DNA of 63,992 nucleotides, filler included, from Stramenopiles sp. TOSAG23-2 (lineage: Eukaryota): NCBI GenBank assembly GCA_900128395.1. It is 9 parts of 9 records of this genome, joined end to end, with 100 filler letters (N's around TTAATTAATTAA, not from the genome) between each part and the next. Parts side by side here need not be neighbours in the genome. Positions count along the whole stretch, not along the records: positions 21,478 to 28,510 come from LT650365.1; positions 28,611 to 35,638 come from LT650366.1; 7 more parts are not named here. One strand, given 5' to 3'. Below, piece after piece: positions 21,481 to 33,210 of the stretch. Within the stretch, counting starts at the first letter, position 1. Each line of letters starts with the position of its first letter. The notes under the pieces are model-generated. The model had not been told where the DNA came from and ran no database searches. It worked only from the letters and a program-made list of their open reading frames with translations. The position numbers and the translations under genes are program-made.

Positions 21481-24400
21481 TTGGCGGAAAATTTACCAAT
21501 CGGTACAACGGATGCACCATCATCTTCGTGGGGTTGTGTTAGTGACCCTGGAACATTATTATATCTTTCTCGTGCAACTGGTGGAGTTTTTTTTCAAGGA
21601 TCTAGCAATATTAGTGATAATGTTGTGTCTTACATACACGGTAATAATGATAGTTGTTGGAGGCAAAAGGAGCTTTTATATAAATATTCATGTCTTGCAG
21701 ATGGAACAGAAAGAAACATGGGAGTCATTATGTCATCACTTTCAAATGGACGAGGGAGGACGAAGACAAATCGTTTCAATGCAGAACTTTACAATGGTAA
21801 GCTTTTAGGGGTTAATGTTGGTCCACGATATAGTGATACACCAATGTACAGTGGCAGAACATTTGGCAATTTAAAGAAAACATATACGAGCAATATGGAA
21901 AATACTGGGGTACCAGGGTATTTTAAGTTGGCGGAAAATTTACCAATCGGAACAATGCAATGGTATCAAGAGTATCCCGTAGTCAATGATTTAAATTTAG
22001 TCAAAAGTATGCAAGCAATTGATTATCCTTTTCCATGGGCCGGGCCACCGCCACCATCCCCATGCTGGAAAGAAACTATTAAAGAATATAAATTACTTGT
22101 AAATTTCGAGCGTCTATTGGAATGTCGTGCATGGGAAGGTTTTTGTGTCACATATACCCATACACGTGATGTTTTGCAACTTTCAGACGATAGCAAATCG
22201 TTTGAAATGACCTTCACCATGCCATGGAAACCAGGTGTTGATATATTGTACAACATTTGTTCTGATGACGTTCTGAATTTAGCAACATCGTCCGGGCCAT
22301 TTAAACGCACAGTGGAAGCCAGTATCCGTGTTGAATTAATAGCAAGTGTAGAATTTTTAAGGAATTTTGTTAGAAATACAAACGAGGCATCTGGGCGTAA
22401 GCGTTACCCACGACTACACAGATTTTTAAATACTATTCATGAAATTGATAAAGTCCTTGTACATTTAAGTTCCCCTCCCCCGTTGAGAGAATTGGAAAAT
22501 AAGCGTGTTAATTTAAATCGGGATGGTCTTAAAAGTATAATCGGTAGATCTAGAAGTAGCTCTTCATCCTCATCGAATAAGAAAACATCTACATTTTTTG
22601 TCATTTTTGGCAAATTGCCATTGAATATGTGGAACAGATGGTTCTGTGTTGAGCAAGTGGAAGCTTTCGTAGTTGGTACAACTGTTTTTCCAAAACGTCA
22701 AGCGAAAAATTTGGCAAATATTTTGGCCAGATGGTCTACCCAACGTTTAAGTAAAGATGTACATATGAAATTATTAGAAGTTGATGATGAAGAAGGCACG
22801 GAGGAAGATGATGATGATATAGAAGATTTTTCTTTAAGCAATGAAATGTCAGGTATTCAAGAACGTTCTGCTGGTTGTGCATTTTGTTTAACAAAATGTA
22901 AATGGAGAAGTCCAACTTCAGTAGTTGTCAATATAGCTTTCCATGCTGCAAAACCAACAATTCGAAATACTATTAAAAAGCACCTTTCAAAAAATATGTT
23001 AGATAGTGGATTTATGATAGTAACACCGTATGAGCAACATGTTGCACGTTCATTTTATTGGGATTTAATTAATGAAAAAAACGAAGAAAAAAGCAGTGAA
23101 GAGTTGAAAGATATTTACGAACGTGTCTTAAAATCATGCACACTTACGACTGCAGCAATTGTTAACGATGTTCCACAAGTTGATACAGACTCGACATTTA
23201 AAAAAGTCGTGTCTAGTTATTTTTCACCAATAGGAACCATCGAAGATACATTTTTTTTGAAAAGTCAAAATAACGATAGTAAAAATAACAAAGATAGTAA
23301 AATTGGCGGCGTACCTTTTTTTCTTCATGTAAAATACCATGAAAAAACTCCTCGAATTACACTTAGTTGTTTTACCTTACCATTTGATAAAATAGACGCA
23401 GAAGGAATAATGGCAAAAGTGATGGAAAATATGAAACAAGATTTTAATTCCTTTGTAGCTGAAGAGATACTAGAAAAAATGATGAACGAAACTACGTTCT
23501 CACAAAATATTGTGTCTAAAATGTTTGATTATTTAGAACGAACACAAAAAACAAGTGATTTAGTGACAATTGTAGATCATGCAACAACGCTTGGTAGCGA
23601 TCCAATTTTTGTCGAAGCTTTGACGAAACAGACGAGTTGGAGCATAATATCGCCACATGTTTACAAGAAGAATAATATGCCATATTGGGTTTTATTATCT
23701 GTTTTAGATGATGATCATACAAAAATTCACATTTTTGGTGGTGGTGACGATACTAATAAAGAAATTGAAAATGTGATAAGTGGGATTGACAATGCCTCCA
23801 AGCGTGCAGAACAGTCATCACTGTTAAAAAGTTTATTTGAAAATCGAGCTTGTTCTACAGATCGTTTAATTCTTGCCGATGGCAGCAACGGAATTTTAGC
23901 TTGTCCATCTGTTTTGAAGGTAAAATTACAACTCCACCAAAGGGTGCAGGTTCATGTTGCACTTAGAGCGCTTGCCGCTATACCTGTATTGCGACCATTT
24001 GCAATTGGTAATCGTCCTAATTGCTACGTGTTGTCCTCCACGTTTTACCTTCGTATTGAAGATGATACAGAATATAACAAAGCAGCAGCAAAGAAGTGTT
24101 TACTGCTGGAAGTATTTGGCCTTGGAGAAACTAGTGTAGATATCAACACGGACCTAGTGAATATGGTAAAAAACAAATTGAAAAGCGTAGCACTTGGACA
24201 TTTACTTCGTCACAATTCATTGTATTTATCAGTTGCAGATTTATCGCTAATTCAACCATTAAATTCCGAGCCGGTACATAAGTTTGATATTCGATTACCC
24301 ACTCATCTTGCAGATATTAATAAATTTCGTACTATTTTTAATCAAAATGCGCGGCGTTTATTAATGCCTTTAAAACTTTTTAGAAATAGCGAAGCACCCA

Positions 24401-26460
24401 TTTTGCAGCTCAGTACACTTAGTAATAAGCTAATATTAGATTCGAAATCCAGACGTAGTAGTAGTAGTGGGAAAAAGTTCAAGCAAGGCATACATGCGGT
24501 GGAAAATGCATATCTGGTAAATGGCGGCAGCAAAACAGTTGCCAATAGTAACCTTTCAATTGGTAAGGGTTTAGCTGTTATGTACTTTGAATTTCGAAAA
24601 GGTAAAGGAGCTGGCAGTCGTCGCTGGTCCTTGCCACCATGGCATCATGATGGTGGAGTCACTTTATATATACAAATATGGTCTGCTGGTAGTGTTAATC
24701 TTGAAAAACTTTATAATTTAATTGAGGAATTTGTCGAACAAGCTATTCTTACATATGCATTGGAGGATGACTTTTTATTGCGTAAAGATGGACCAATTGG
24801 CGTAGATATGAAAATACTTCAAACGGCTTACAACGCTGGTGTTCCGGATTTGTTCCAATGGGCATCCAAACGCCTTGTACCTGCATGGGCAAAGCCGACA
24901 ATTATACAAGGGCTTGCAAATGCTTTGGAAGGTGTTGTAGTAGAGGAAAAAAAGGATGGCGTATTTGCGATGTCGACAATAATTGTGAGGCAACCACAAG
25001 GCAAGCTTTTGCAAGCTGTTGCTAGTGTTCGATCAAATGGGATTCAATTATGGACGTATAAATGGCAAGATCGAAAGTCTCTGAAAGTAACAATTGAAAA
25101 TATGATGCAAGTTGTAGAAGAGAACAAGCATATTCTTGATCGTTGTCTTGAAACAAAAATGGGTGTCGCGCAAACACCATTTTATTCAGAAAAATACATG
25201 AATAAATGGACTAGCTCCTGCCAAAAAGTTGAGGATATTGTTGGCTCCCATGTATCAATCTTAATGGATGAAAATAAAGACAAGCAAAAGCAAAAAGAAG
25301 TAGAACGAGCGACACTTGCAATTTTACAAACATGCAAGAGCAATCGACAACGTGTCAAAGGCCTACCAGAGCTACGGAAGGTGTTAAATACATATAGGAT
25401 TGTTAAAAATATATTTACACCGTTGATTCTGATAAATGATGCTGCCGCAGCGGCAAAAGCATATGCTCGTTTTCTTTCCTCTACTTTACCAATTCGCCGT
25501 TTACGTAATAGGGGCGATGATGCTGTATTGTATGGCAATTTTCCAGATCCTGTATTATTTGTCGTGAGCGGCCATGATGGATTGAGTTACAACGATGGGG
25601 AAAGTAAAAGCAATACCCAGTCGGTATTGGCGGTGAATGTCTTAATTCTTCCTGGAACTATGCCTGCCGGCCCAGGATTTAGAAAAATTGTCTCTACGCT
25701 TCGATTACAAGCATGGGCTTATGATACTGCTCTTATACGTATTAAAAGTGTCACATCTGGACTATCTATACGCGGTGCTGCGGAAATATGTAACGGACTT
25801 GATAATTTAATATCACGGTACAAGGTTCCACCTACTGGTTCTAAGAACCTGTTGCAAAAGCATGTGCTTCATAATCGAGATATTTCCTTACTGACTTTCA
25901 TTAGTAAAAATGGTGATAAATATGGTTGTCGTGGACATAGTGATGGATCTATTGATTTTGTTTTATTATCACAATTAGAACGTGATATAGAACAAGTCTC
26001 TGGCATAGTTCGAAATTCAACAGAAGGTATGTGTTTGTACATTGTTGTACGTGATTATGAGCAAAGGAATCCATATACACCATATTCAAGATGCGAGGAT
26101 TGGTTGCAAAAGACGTTTGGTATAGCACAAATGGATCGTCGCCGTGATACATTTTGGAATCAAGCCATCGGATGTCAAAGCTTAAGTGCTGAAGCTGCTC
26201 ATCTTCTCCGAAATGATGCTGTTGAACTTCCGATGGTTGACCCAACGTTAAACGAACTTTTACAATCAATCAGTGAAACAAGTAGGAGTGATGAGGGAAA
26301 ATATTATGTAAAACATGGTTTGAGCGATGCTATGATATATACTGGCGAGCTATGGAAGAAGAAGAAACCGGACGGCAAAATGTCCGACAATGAAAAAAAC
26401 CTCGTCGAATCATGGGTTGTAGATGAGTGTATACGTTTATCTTTAGTAAATTTGAAGTGA
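21481..26460 (+). CDS. SZT2: SZT2-like (KICSTOR scaffold) protein, 5'-truncated
   Basis: VSDPGTLLYLSRATGG, LLECRAWEGF, MPWKPGVDILY, LHQRV...LRPFAIGNRPN, FYLRI and LLLEVFGL resemble SZT2 segments; 1659 aa starting at the scaffold edge. Confidence 0.7.
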   Translation: MAENLPIGTTDAPSSSWGCVSDPGTLLYLSRATGGVFFQGSSNISDNVVSYIHGNNDSCWRQKELLYKYSCLADGTERNMGVIMSSLSNGRGRTKTNRFNAELYNGKLLGVNVGPRYSDTPMYSGRTFGNLKKTYTSNMENTGVPGYFKLAENLPIGTMQWYQEYPVVNDLNLVKSMQAIDYPFPWAGPPPPSPCWKETIKEYKLLVNFERLLECRAWEGFCVTYTHTRDVLQLSDDSKSFEMTFTMPWKPGVDILYNICSDDVLNLATSSGPFKRTVEASIRVELIASVEFLRNFVRNTNEASGRKRYPRLHRFLNTIHEIDKVLVHLSSPPPLRELENKRVNLNRDGLKSIIGRSRSSSSSSSNKKTSTFFVIFGKLPLNMWNRWFCVEQVEAFVVGTTVFPKRQAKNLANILARWSTQRLSKDVHMKLLEVDDEEGTEEDDDDIEDFSLSNEMSGIQERSAGCAFCLTKCKWRSPTSVVVNIAFHAAKPTIRNTIKKHLSKNMLDSGFMIVTPYEQHVARSFYWDLINEKNEEKSSEELKDIYERVLKSCTLTTAAIVNDVPQVDTDSTFKKVVSSYFSPIGTIEDTFFLKSQNNDSKNNKDSKIGGVPFFLHVKYHEKTPRITLSCFTLPFDKIDAEGIMAKVMENMKQDFNSFVAEEILEKMMNETTFSQNIVSKMFDYLERTQKTSDLVTIVDHATTLGSDPIFVEALTKQTSWSIISPHVYKKNNMPYWVLLSVLDDDHTKIHIFGGGDDTNKEIENVISGIDNASKRAEQSSLLKSLFENRACSTDRLILADGSNGILACPSVLKVKLQLHQRVQVHVALRALAAIPVLRPFAIGNRPNCYVLSSTFYLRIEDDTEYNKAAAKKCLLLEVFGLGETSVDINTDLVNMVKNKLKSVALGHLLRHNSLYLSVADLSLIQPLNSEPVHKFDIRLPTHLADINKFRTIFNQNARRLLMPLKLFRNSEAPILQLSTLSNKLILDSKSRRSSSSGKKFKQGIHAVENAYLVNGGSKTVANSNLSIGKGLAVMYFEFRKGKGAGSRRWSLPPWHHDGGVTLYIQIWSAGSVNLEKLYNLIEEFVEQAILTYALEDDFLLRKDGPIGVDMKILQTAYNAGVPDLFQWASKRLVPAWAKPTIIQGLANALEGVVVEEKKDGVFAMSTIIVRQPQGKLLQAVASVRSNGIQLWTYKWQDRKSLKVTIENMMQVVEENKHILDRCLETKMGVAQTPFYSEKYMNKWTSSCQKVEDIVGSHVSILMDENKDKQKQKEVERATLAILQTCKSNRQRVKGLPELRKVLNTYRIVKNIFTPLILINDAAAAAKAYARFLSSTLPIRRLRNRGDDAVLYGNFPDPVLFVVSGHDGLSYNDGESKSNTQSVLAVNVLILPGTMPAGPGFRKIVSTLRLQAWAYDTALIRIKSVTSGLSIRGAAEICNGLDNLISRYKVPPTGSKNLLQKHVLHNRDISLLTFISKNGDKYGCRGHSDGSIDFVLLSQLERDIEQVSGIVRNSTEGMCLYIVVRDYEQRNPYTPYSRCEDWLQKTFGIAQMDRRRDTFWNQAIGCQSLSAEAAHLLRNDAVELPMVDPTLNELLQSISETSRSDEGKYYVKHGLSDAMIYTGELWKKKKPDGKMSDNEKNLVESWVVDECIRLSLVNLK

Positions 26461-26657
26461 GAGAGACGAGAGATAGGAGAGAGAGTGTAGAATCAAATGG
26501 TTTATTATAATAACGAAAATTCGTAAAAAAATTAGTGTATCATATATTTTATGCACATTTTTATAAATATTTCGTATATTTATCATACGTTCGTACATTA
26601 TTTATGACAATTTTAAATACGGTATATATTTTTAAATAATATTTAATTTAACAATTA

Positions 26658-28007
26658 TTACGTATAAATGCTATCCCGGCTATCCTCATTATTTTGCCAG
26701 TTTTGATAATGAACATATTGATTTAAACTTGCAGGTACTTCTTTCATTGCTTCTAAAAAATCATTTACATTTAATGGTCGTATGGGCGTTTTTTCAATAT
26801 CAACGGGTGATTCTTTTTCATTATTGCTATTATTTTCAAAATCACGCCTTTCAAAAAACTCATTGATTGGTCTTTGACATGCAATTTTACACAATTCCTT
26901 TAAATCGCTACCAGTATAATTGGCAGTATTACTTGCTATTTGTTGAAAATCTAAATGTTTAATAACATCATGTTCCAAATCTCTTGATAAAATATTATAC
27001 AAAATGACTTTTCGCGCTGCTTCATTTGGTGGCGATACTTTGAATGAACGTGGCATTCTTCTTACAAATGCTTCATCAACATCTGCAGGACGATTCGTTG
27101 CACCTAATACAAGAACAGAAAAAGGCTTTACATTTGATGTTGTTTTCTTCTTTTCTTTATTATCCTCCCCGTTTTTCTCTTGTTTTTTATTACGTAGAAT
27201 ATTATCTGATTTCAGGCCATCCCATTCAATTAGAAATTCACTTTTTACTTTATCCATTACTGGTTCATTACTATATTTTTCTCGTGTTTTTAAAAATGCT
27301 TCAATTTCATCAATGAAAATGATGCATGGTGATAATTTACGCGCCAACGAAAACAAAGCACGTACTTTTTTCTCACTCTCACCAAACCATTTATCACAAA
27401 TTGAGCTCACTCTCACGTTGATAAAAAAAGCACCAGATTCTTTTGCTAAACATTTTGCCAACATTGTTTTTCCACAACCTGGTTTACCATAAAGCAATAC
27501 ACCTCGTGGTGGTGTATATAAAGCAGATTTTTGAATGAAAATTTCTGGATGTTTCATAGGGTATATTATCATTTCACGCAATTTTTTTTTTACAGTTGTC
27601 AAACCACCAATATGATTAAAACTAACTTCCATGTCTTCAGGGTCAATAACATCTTGACATAACATTCTTTCATAGGAATTTAAACGAATGCTTTTCAATT
27701 TTTTCCGTAGATTAGCACCTGTTCTTCTCTTATCGTTATCATAATAATAACCAGATGTTTCATCATATGAATTTGCATTTCTAATACCAGAGAACAAACC
27801 TGTTATTAATTTAACTCCAAAATATAATGTACCAAGCCCTACACCAAGCAGTGCCAACTGATATAAAAAATCAATCTTCTCCTCTGTCGTTTCCGGAGGT
27901 GTTTGCGATGATGATTGTTGCGACGAAGTGCGACGAAGGGAAGAATCAGGATTCGAATGAACTTCTGTTCCTACCACGATTGGTAGATTCTTAAAATGAT
28001 CACTCAT
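26658..28007 (-). CDS. ATAD1: Msp1/ATAD1 membrane-anchored AAA ATPase
   Basis: N-terminal TM anchor, LNSYE...VIDP..M.VSFNHIGGL, Walker A GKPGCGKT, KWFGESEK, Walker B IIFIDE, SRH ATNRP.DVDEAFVRRMP; likely ATG at 28007. Confidence 0.9.
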   Translation of the reverse strand: MSDHFKNLPIVVGTEVHSNPDSSLRRTSSQQSSSQTPPETTEEKIDFLYQLALLGVGLGTLYFGVKLITGLFSGIRNANSYDETSGYYYDNDKRRTGANLRKKLKSIRLNSYERMLCQDVIDPEDMEVSFNHIGGLTTVKKKLREMIIYPMKHPEIFIQKSALYTPPRGVLLYGKPGCGKTMLAKCLAKESGAFFINVRVSSICDKWFGESEKKVRALFSLARKLSPCIIFIDEIEAFLKTREKYSNEPVMDKVKSEFLIEWDGLKSDNILRNKKQEKNGEDNKEKKKTTSNVKPFSVLVLGATNRPADVDEAFVRRMPRSFKVSPPNEAARKVILYNILSRDLEHDVIKHLDFQQIASNTANYTGSDLKELCKIACQRPINEFFERRDFENNSNNEKESPVDIEKTPIRPLNVNDFLEAMKEVPASLNQYVHYQNWQNNEDSRDSIYT

Positions 28008-28999
28008 CTTTCTTGTATATATTACACTATCATGTATATATATATATATATCACTACTATTGTCACATCTTTGTTGCACTTTCTATTTGTAGAATATATA
28101 CAGTAATTCTTATTATACTGTATATATATATAATATCTTCTTCTTAGCACCTTACAACAAGTTAAAGTGCTAAAATTAATAATACCAGGTAGAATACAAG
28201 GAACTATGAAGTAACCCCTATTGGATTAGGATATGAATTATGAAAAATTACTCCAACTCCTTAAGAATATTGAATATATATTTTAGATCCAGGTACAGTT
28301 ATATTCGCTTATACTAGTAGATACAGGATAAGGATACAGGTAGTTTTCCTTGTCAGGGTATATATTATTAATACTGGCAAGGAAAATCTCTGGTGTCCAG
28401 AGTATATATATAGCTATACGGATTACAGATTACTAATGAAATAATGAAAATATATTTTAGATAATATTACATTTGGTTAAAATCTAAGTTAGATAATATT
28501 ATATACAGGTNNNNNNNNNNNNNNNNNNNNNNNNNNNNNNNNNNNNNNNNNNNNTTAATTAATTAANNNNNNNNNNNNNNNNNNNNNNNNNNNNNNNNNN
28601 NNNNNNNNNNGATATATATATATATATGTAATATTAGACTATGCATAATAGAAGCAACGCGGGGGGGGGTTGAAAGTGTAATTCTATGATACAGGTGATA
28701 CGATATCGTATGATTATATATCATTTTAAGTAATGATTTTATATATTACTCAAAGTATATTTTTTTATATATAAAAAATATTACTTCGTAAAAATTTATA
28801 TTACAAACATACTCGTGTACAACAATCTGTGCGTGAATATTTAATAATATAATATATTTAAAAATAATTATGCATATCTCACATTTTATTAAAATACGTA
28901 TACTGATAATACCATAATATCTCTCTCGTTTCACAAACTTTTAAATACTTCAAATAATAATACTCGTATATATATCTCTCTCTCAATAAAAATATTCTC

Positions 29000-31964
29000 T
29001 TATAACATGGCCATTTCACTTCCACTATCAATTTCATCATTGATAACATTCACTACATCGACAACGTATTTATTTCCTTTTATTACTTTTTTGCTACCAG
29101 CATTATCAGAAGTTGCATGCATTTCTATTTGTGTTGTATTGCCATCAGAATTTTTGATACCTCCACCTTCATTACTTCTGTCTCTTGTAAATGTATTAAA
29201 TGTATTTCGAGTTTCGTCGACTACTTTTTTATGCTCAACTTGTTTTGAAATCATGTGACCTAGTTCATACCAAAGATATCTATATATGTATTTCATTATT
29301 ATATTCAATTTATAATATGCATATCAGATATGTATCAAAAATGTTATGTTAGTTTTGGATACTGCTGATATCATTAAAAAAAAAGTGATATATTTTTTTT
29401 AGTACTGATAAGATATACTTACGGCATGGATAATTTATAGCCAAATGAAACGGCTGATAGACTAATTGAAACCATTGTTATTACAGTGGATTCAGCTTTT
29501 ATTATATTGAATATAAATTGTGGTACATCTTCTAAAATCCCAACAGACAATGTATAAAATGCTTGGTCTTTTCTACGTTTATATTTACCGATTAAATATT
29601 CCGGTGGATCAATTCGATCGTTAAGATATGTTTCTAACTCTTGGATTTCATCTAAAGCATCTTTGGACGTCTCAATCTCTTCAACTCCTTCATGATAATG
29701 TGACAAAATTCGCCTTGAACTATCTATTCTGTAATATAATGCTACTGTTGAACAACATGATGCCACCCACATGGCAATAAAATACATGGAATACACTACT
29801 TCGCCTTTTTTCTCCAAGCTATTTTCACTATAGGCAACCCAATCTGTTATTAAATCACCTAATTCAATGAGGCCTACTATGATTTGTATCATCAATTCTT
29901 GAATCAATAAATCTCTTAATTCTTTTTTCAATGCTTTTAATTTAGTGGTTTTATTCATTTGTGAAGACATTTGATTTTTTTTTACCTCTTGATGCAACAA
30001 TCGTTCTTGATGCTTATGTTTTATGTAGTAATTTACAGCTCCACCCATGCCTACAAAAGCTAAGAAACCGATGGACAATAACCATTCAATTGCTGGTCCA
30101 GCTGATACCGTTCTTATATTGTTGTTTGCTTCATCATCAATGTCTTTAAATCCAATTTCACATATAATAGCACTTTCGTGATCAGTTGATATTTCGTCAT
30201 TGTTACTTTTTTGCTTATAATTATAATTATCGTTACTAACAAATGAATTGTTTACAAATTTACCAATTGGAGTTAATACCTGTGCATCGGCATTATTATT
30301 ATTATATTGAACTTGTAATATATTATAAAAAATTTCTGTTGTGGAACGATCGCCATTTTCAAAAAACTTTACTGTTCCTGTAGCTCCTTTAAAATTTAAT
30401 TTTAAAAGTTCATTATAATATTGAAGACGATCATTTGCAGTTGGAAACGTATTGCTACTATTAAATGTCTGCGTAACATATAAGTAATTATGTAATGCTT
30501 TTGCTGCCGCCCATGTTGCATCATATACAAATGGTGTATATCCACCATATTCTACTGGGCTATTGTCTTGAAAATTAAATCCAGTGCACCGCTTATTGGT
30601 TCCAGGCATTCGATCATGATCAGATTTCCATATTTCAATATCTAAATCATCTGTTCGACCACTGCAAAATGTAGTAGTAGTAGCATCATTGGTTATTATA
30701 GTATCACTGGTTCCAGTTGAATCTTGTTGTTTCCATAAATTATTTAAATGGGGATAGCGACTAACAGAACTATCTAAATTTTTGCCATTCTCCATATCGG
30801 CCATATAAACTCCATCAATAACTTTTTTCACGGAATCATCCATTGTATCTTTATATTGTAAAAAGTATTGTAGAAATGTTTCGGAAACGACCCAATAAAT
30901 TTGGTTCTTGCCGTATAACTCTAATGCTGCTGCTGTTTCAAATAATGTTTTGTATTGACTTGCTTGTGCAAAAACAGCAACAACGTTGCATTTACGAGAT
31001 TTTATTTCCGTTAATTCAGTCTTTAATTTTCCAGCATCTACTGTATTTTCATCATCTGATGAGGTAGTTAAAATCATATCAAATTGCTTTATGATTTCCA
31101 TTTTACCATGCGTCGTACCATTAGCTGCTGCAATATTGACTAATGCATTTATTCCAGATGTTGAATATAAATCGGGACCAGATAATGTAATAAATTTATC
31201 TACTCCAACTACGTTTTTTATAATATTTGCCAAAACATCAACTTGAAAACTATCGGAAGGTGGCAATCTAGCAAAATAATTATATTCATTGGTATCCGAT
31301 AATGATGGGGAAGTAGCAGAATATCCAACTGTATATATAGATAATAATGATTGTTAGAAAATTATATTTATTATACGATTTATAAATATATACCAATATA
31401 TATATATATATATATATATTATTGCTGCTAGAATTATACATAATAATGCCCAGTGATATATTTTAGGGTGTACGTATATGTGTGTGTTTGCAAGTCATAC
31501 TTACTTTCTGCTACTTTATATCCATTACATAAACGTTGTACTAATTGTGTAGGACCAGATGATGCAGGACCAATAATTGCTATTGGTGCTTTATTACCTA
31601 TTGATTTTTCTTTTATTAATTCCAATAATCTAGCTGCCTCTTCTACAGCTCGATTTGCACTACGTCTTGAATCACCTAAGCCAAAACGTATTGTGGTATT
31701 TGGTAATATTTCTGTAGAATTATTAATTTCTTCAATTGCTAATAAAAACGTTGCTTTTCGTTGTATGCCACTTCGATCTATTGTATTTATATTATTACGA
31801 TAATTTGGGAATAATGCTAATACCCAGGCAGAATCAGGTGGCTTCTTTATTGTATTTATTGACGTGACATGATGCATTTTATTTACAAATGATGATAATA
31901 TAAGGATGAATATGATAATAATAATATGAAAAAATGATGATATAGATTTTCTTCGTTTTTCCAT
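29000..31964 (-). CDS. Class C GPCR-type Venus-flytrap receptor with a non-canonical membrane domain; 3 exons (31964-31505, 31328-29423, 29279-29000)
   Basis: Signal peptide, AIEEINNSTEILPN, IIGPASS; GT-AG introns 31504-31329 and 29422-29280 restore IGYSATSPSLSD..Y.YFARLPPSDSFQ and SMPYLWY; YDATWAAAKALH; FKGATGTVKF.ENGDR. Confidence 0.85.
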
Positions 31965-32503
31965 TTTGAATTAATATATACGTATAATATTGCTAATTAT
32001 CTATATATATATAGTACTACCCACTTCGTTTATATAAACCAAATATATATATATATATATATATATTAGATTGGGAACAGTTATTTAAACCGATATATGT
32101 AATATAGATATTATAATGGAAGAAGGGAAGATGACACTATATGTATATATAAATATATACGTATGTATAGTACTACCCTCTTCGTTTTTATACAAACCAA
32201 AGAAAAAAGATATGCTTGGGGTCAACTATTTTAAACCGTTCCTATAGGCGACGACAACACAAAGTCAACTATATACATATATAGTAATATAGAATATGTT
32301 TTTTTTTCCTTTCTTTTATCCATGTCGGCCTTGTTTCTGTATTTCCTAATTGTTTCTATTATAAATTGTTTATTAATTTGCAATTATTCAGGGTTTTTTT
32401 TTGAGTATTTTTAATAACCGTCGCCTACTCGTATTTTGATGCTGTGTAATGGTAAATGCTGTTGAAGTTCGGTGGCTGCACTATTAAATTACCGATAATT
32501 TAT

Positions 32504-32812
32504 ACTTGAATGGGAAAATTAGAATATCAAACAAATACTCACTCAACGTTTTCCTCAAATCAAATGTGATGTTAAATCATTTAGATTGAATGGGAAATTA
32601 GTACTGTGTGCACAAGTTGTGATGAGAATAAAGAATATCCGAAAAAAATACTCCCCATTCTCTCACTCATCGATTTCCGATTTTCCGCTGTCAAATACGT
32701 AAGTTGTACTTGAGCTATGGGAAATTAGAATACTTTTCACTACACGTTCCCCTCAACGATTTCCACTATCAAATGACATAATACTTGAAAGGGGAGAAAT
32801 TAGAATATCAAA
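32504..32812 (+). repeat. Degenerate repeated motif (t)acttgaa..gggaaattagaata, about 4 copies, in a divergent intergenic region
   Basis: Copies near 32504, 32586, 32707 and 32782. Confidence 0.6.
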
Positions 32813-33210
32813 AAAAAAAACCTCACTTGAAATAAAAAAGGGTGCAAGTTGAAAGTATTTCCAGACTATTCAGCTATTATTTTTTTTACTATAATAGCCT
32901 GTTATTTACCTAAGCTGGTAAGAGAGAATCTGGTGTATTATAATAGTGTGTTTATGTTAAAAACAACAGTTTTACTGTCCATTATTATTTTCCATATATG
33001 ACTATACATAATTTAAATTATACTTGGTATAATACATATACGCGATGTGCAAATAGCAACAGATGAAGAAATAAAAAGAAAATAATCATATGAATACAAT
33101 TCAAAGACTTAAATCATTTTTATTCCATCATCATATATTTCCATTTATTTTCAACATATATATCCATACGTCCCATTTTGTCTTCATCAATATACATATA
33201 ATCTAATACA

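Noticed and set aside
21478-21503. 26-bp sequence identical to 21925-21950 within SZT2
   Set aside because: It lies at the scaffold edge and is most likely a mis-joined end, not a real repeat or start codon.
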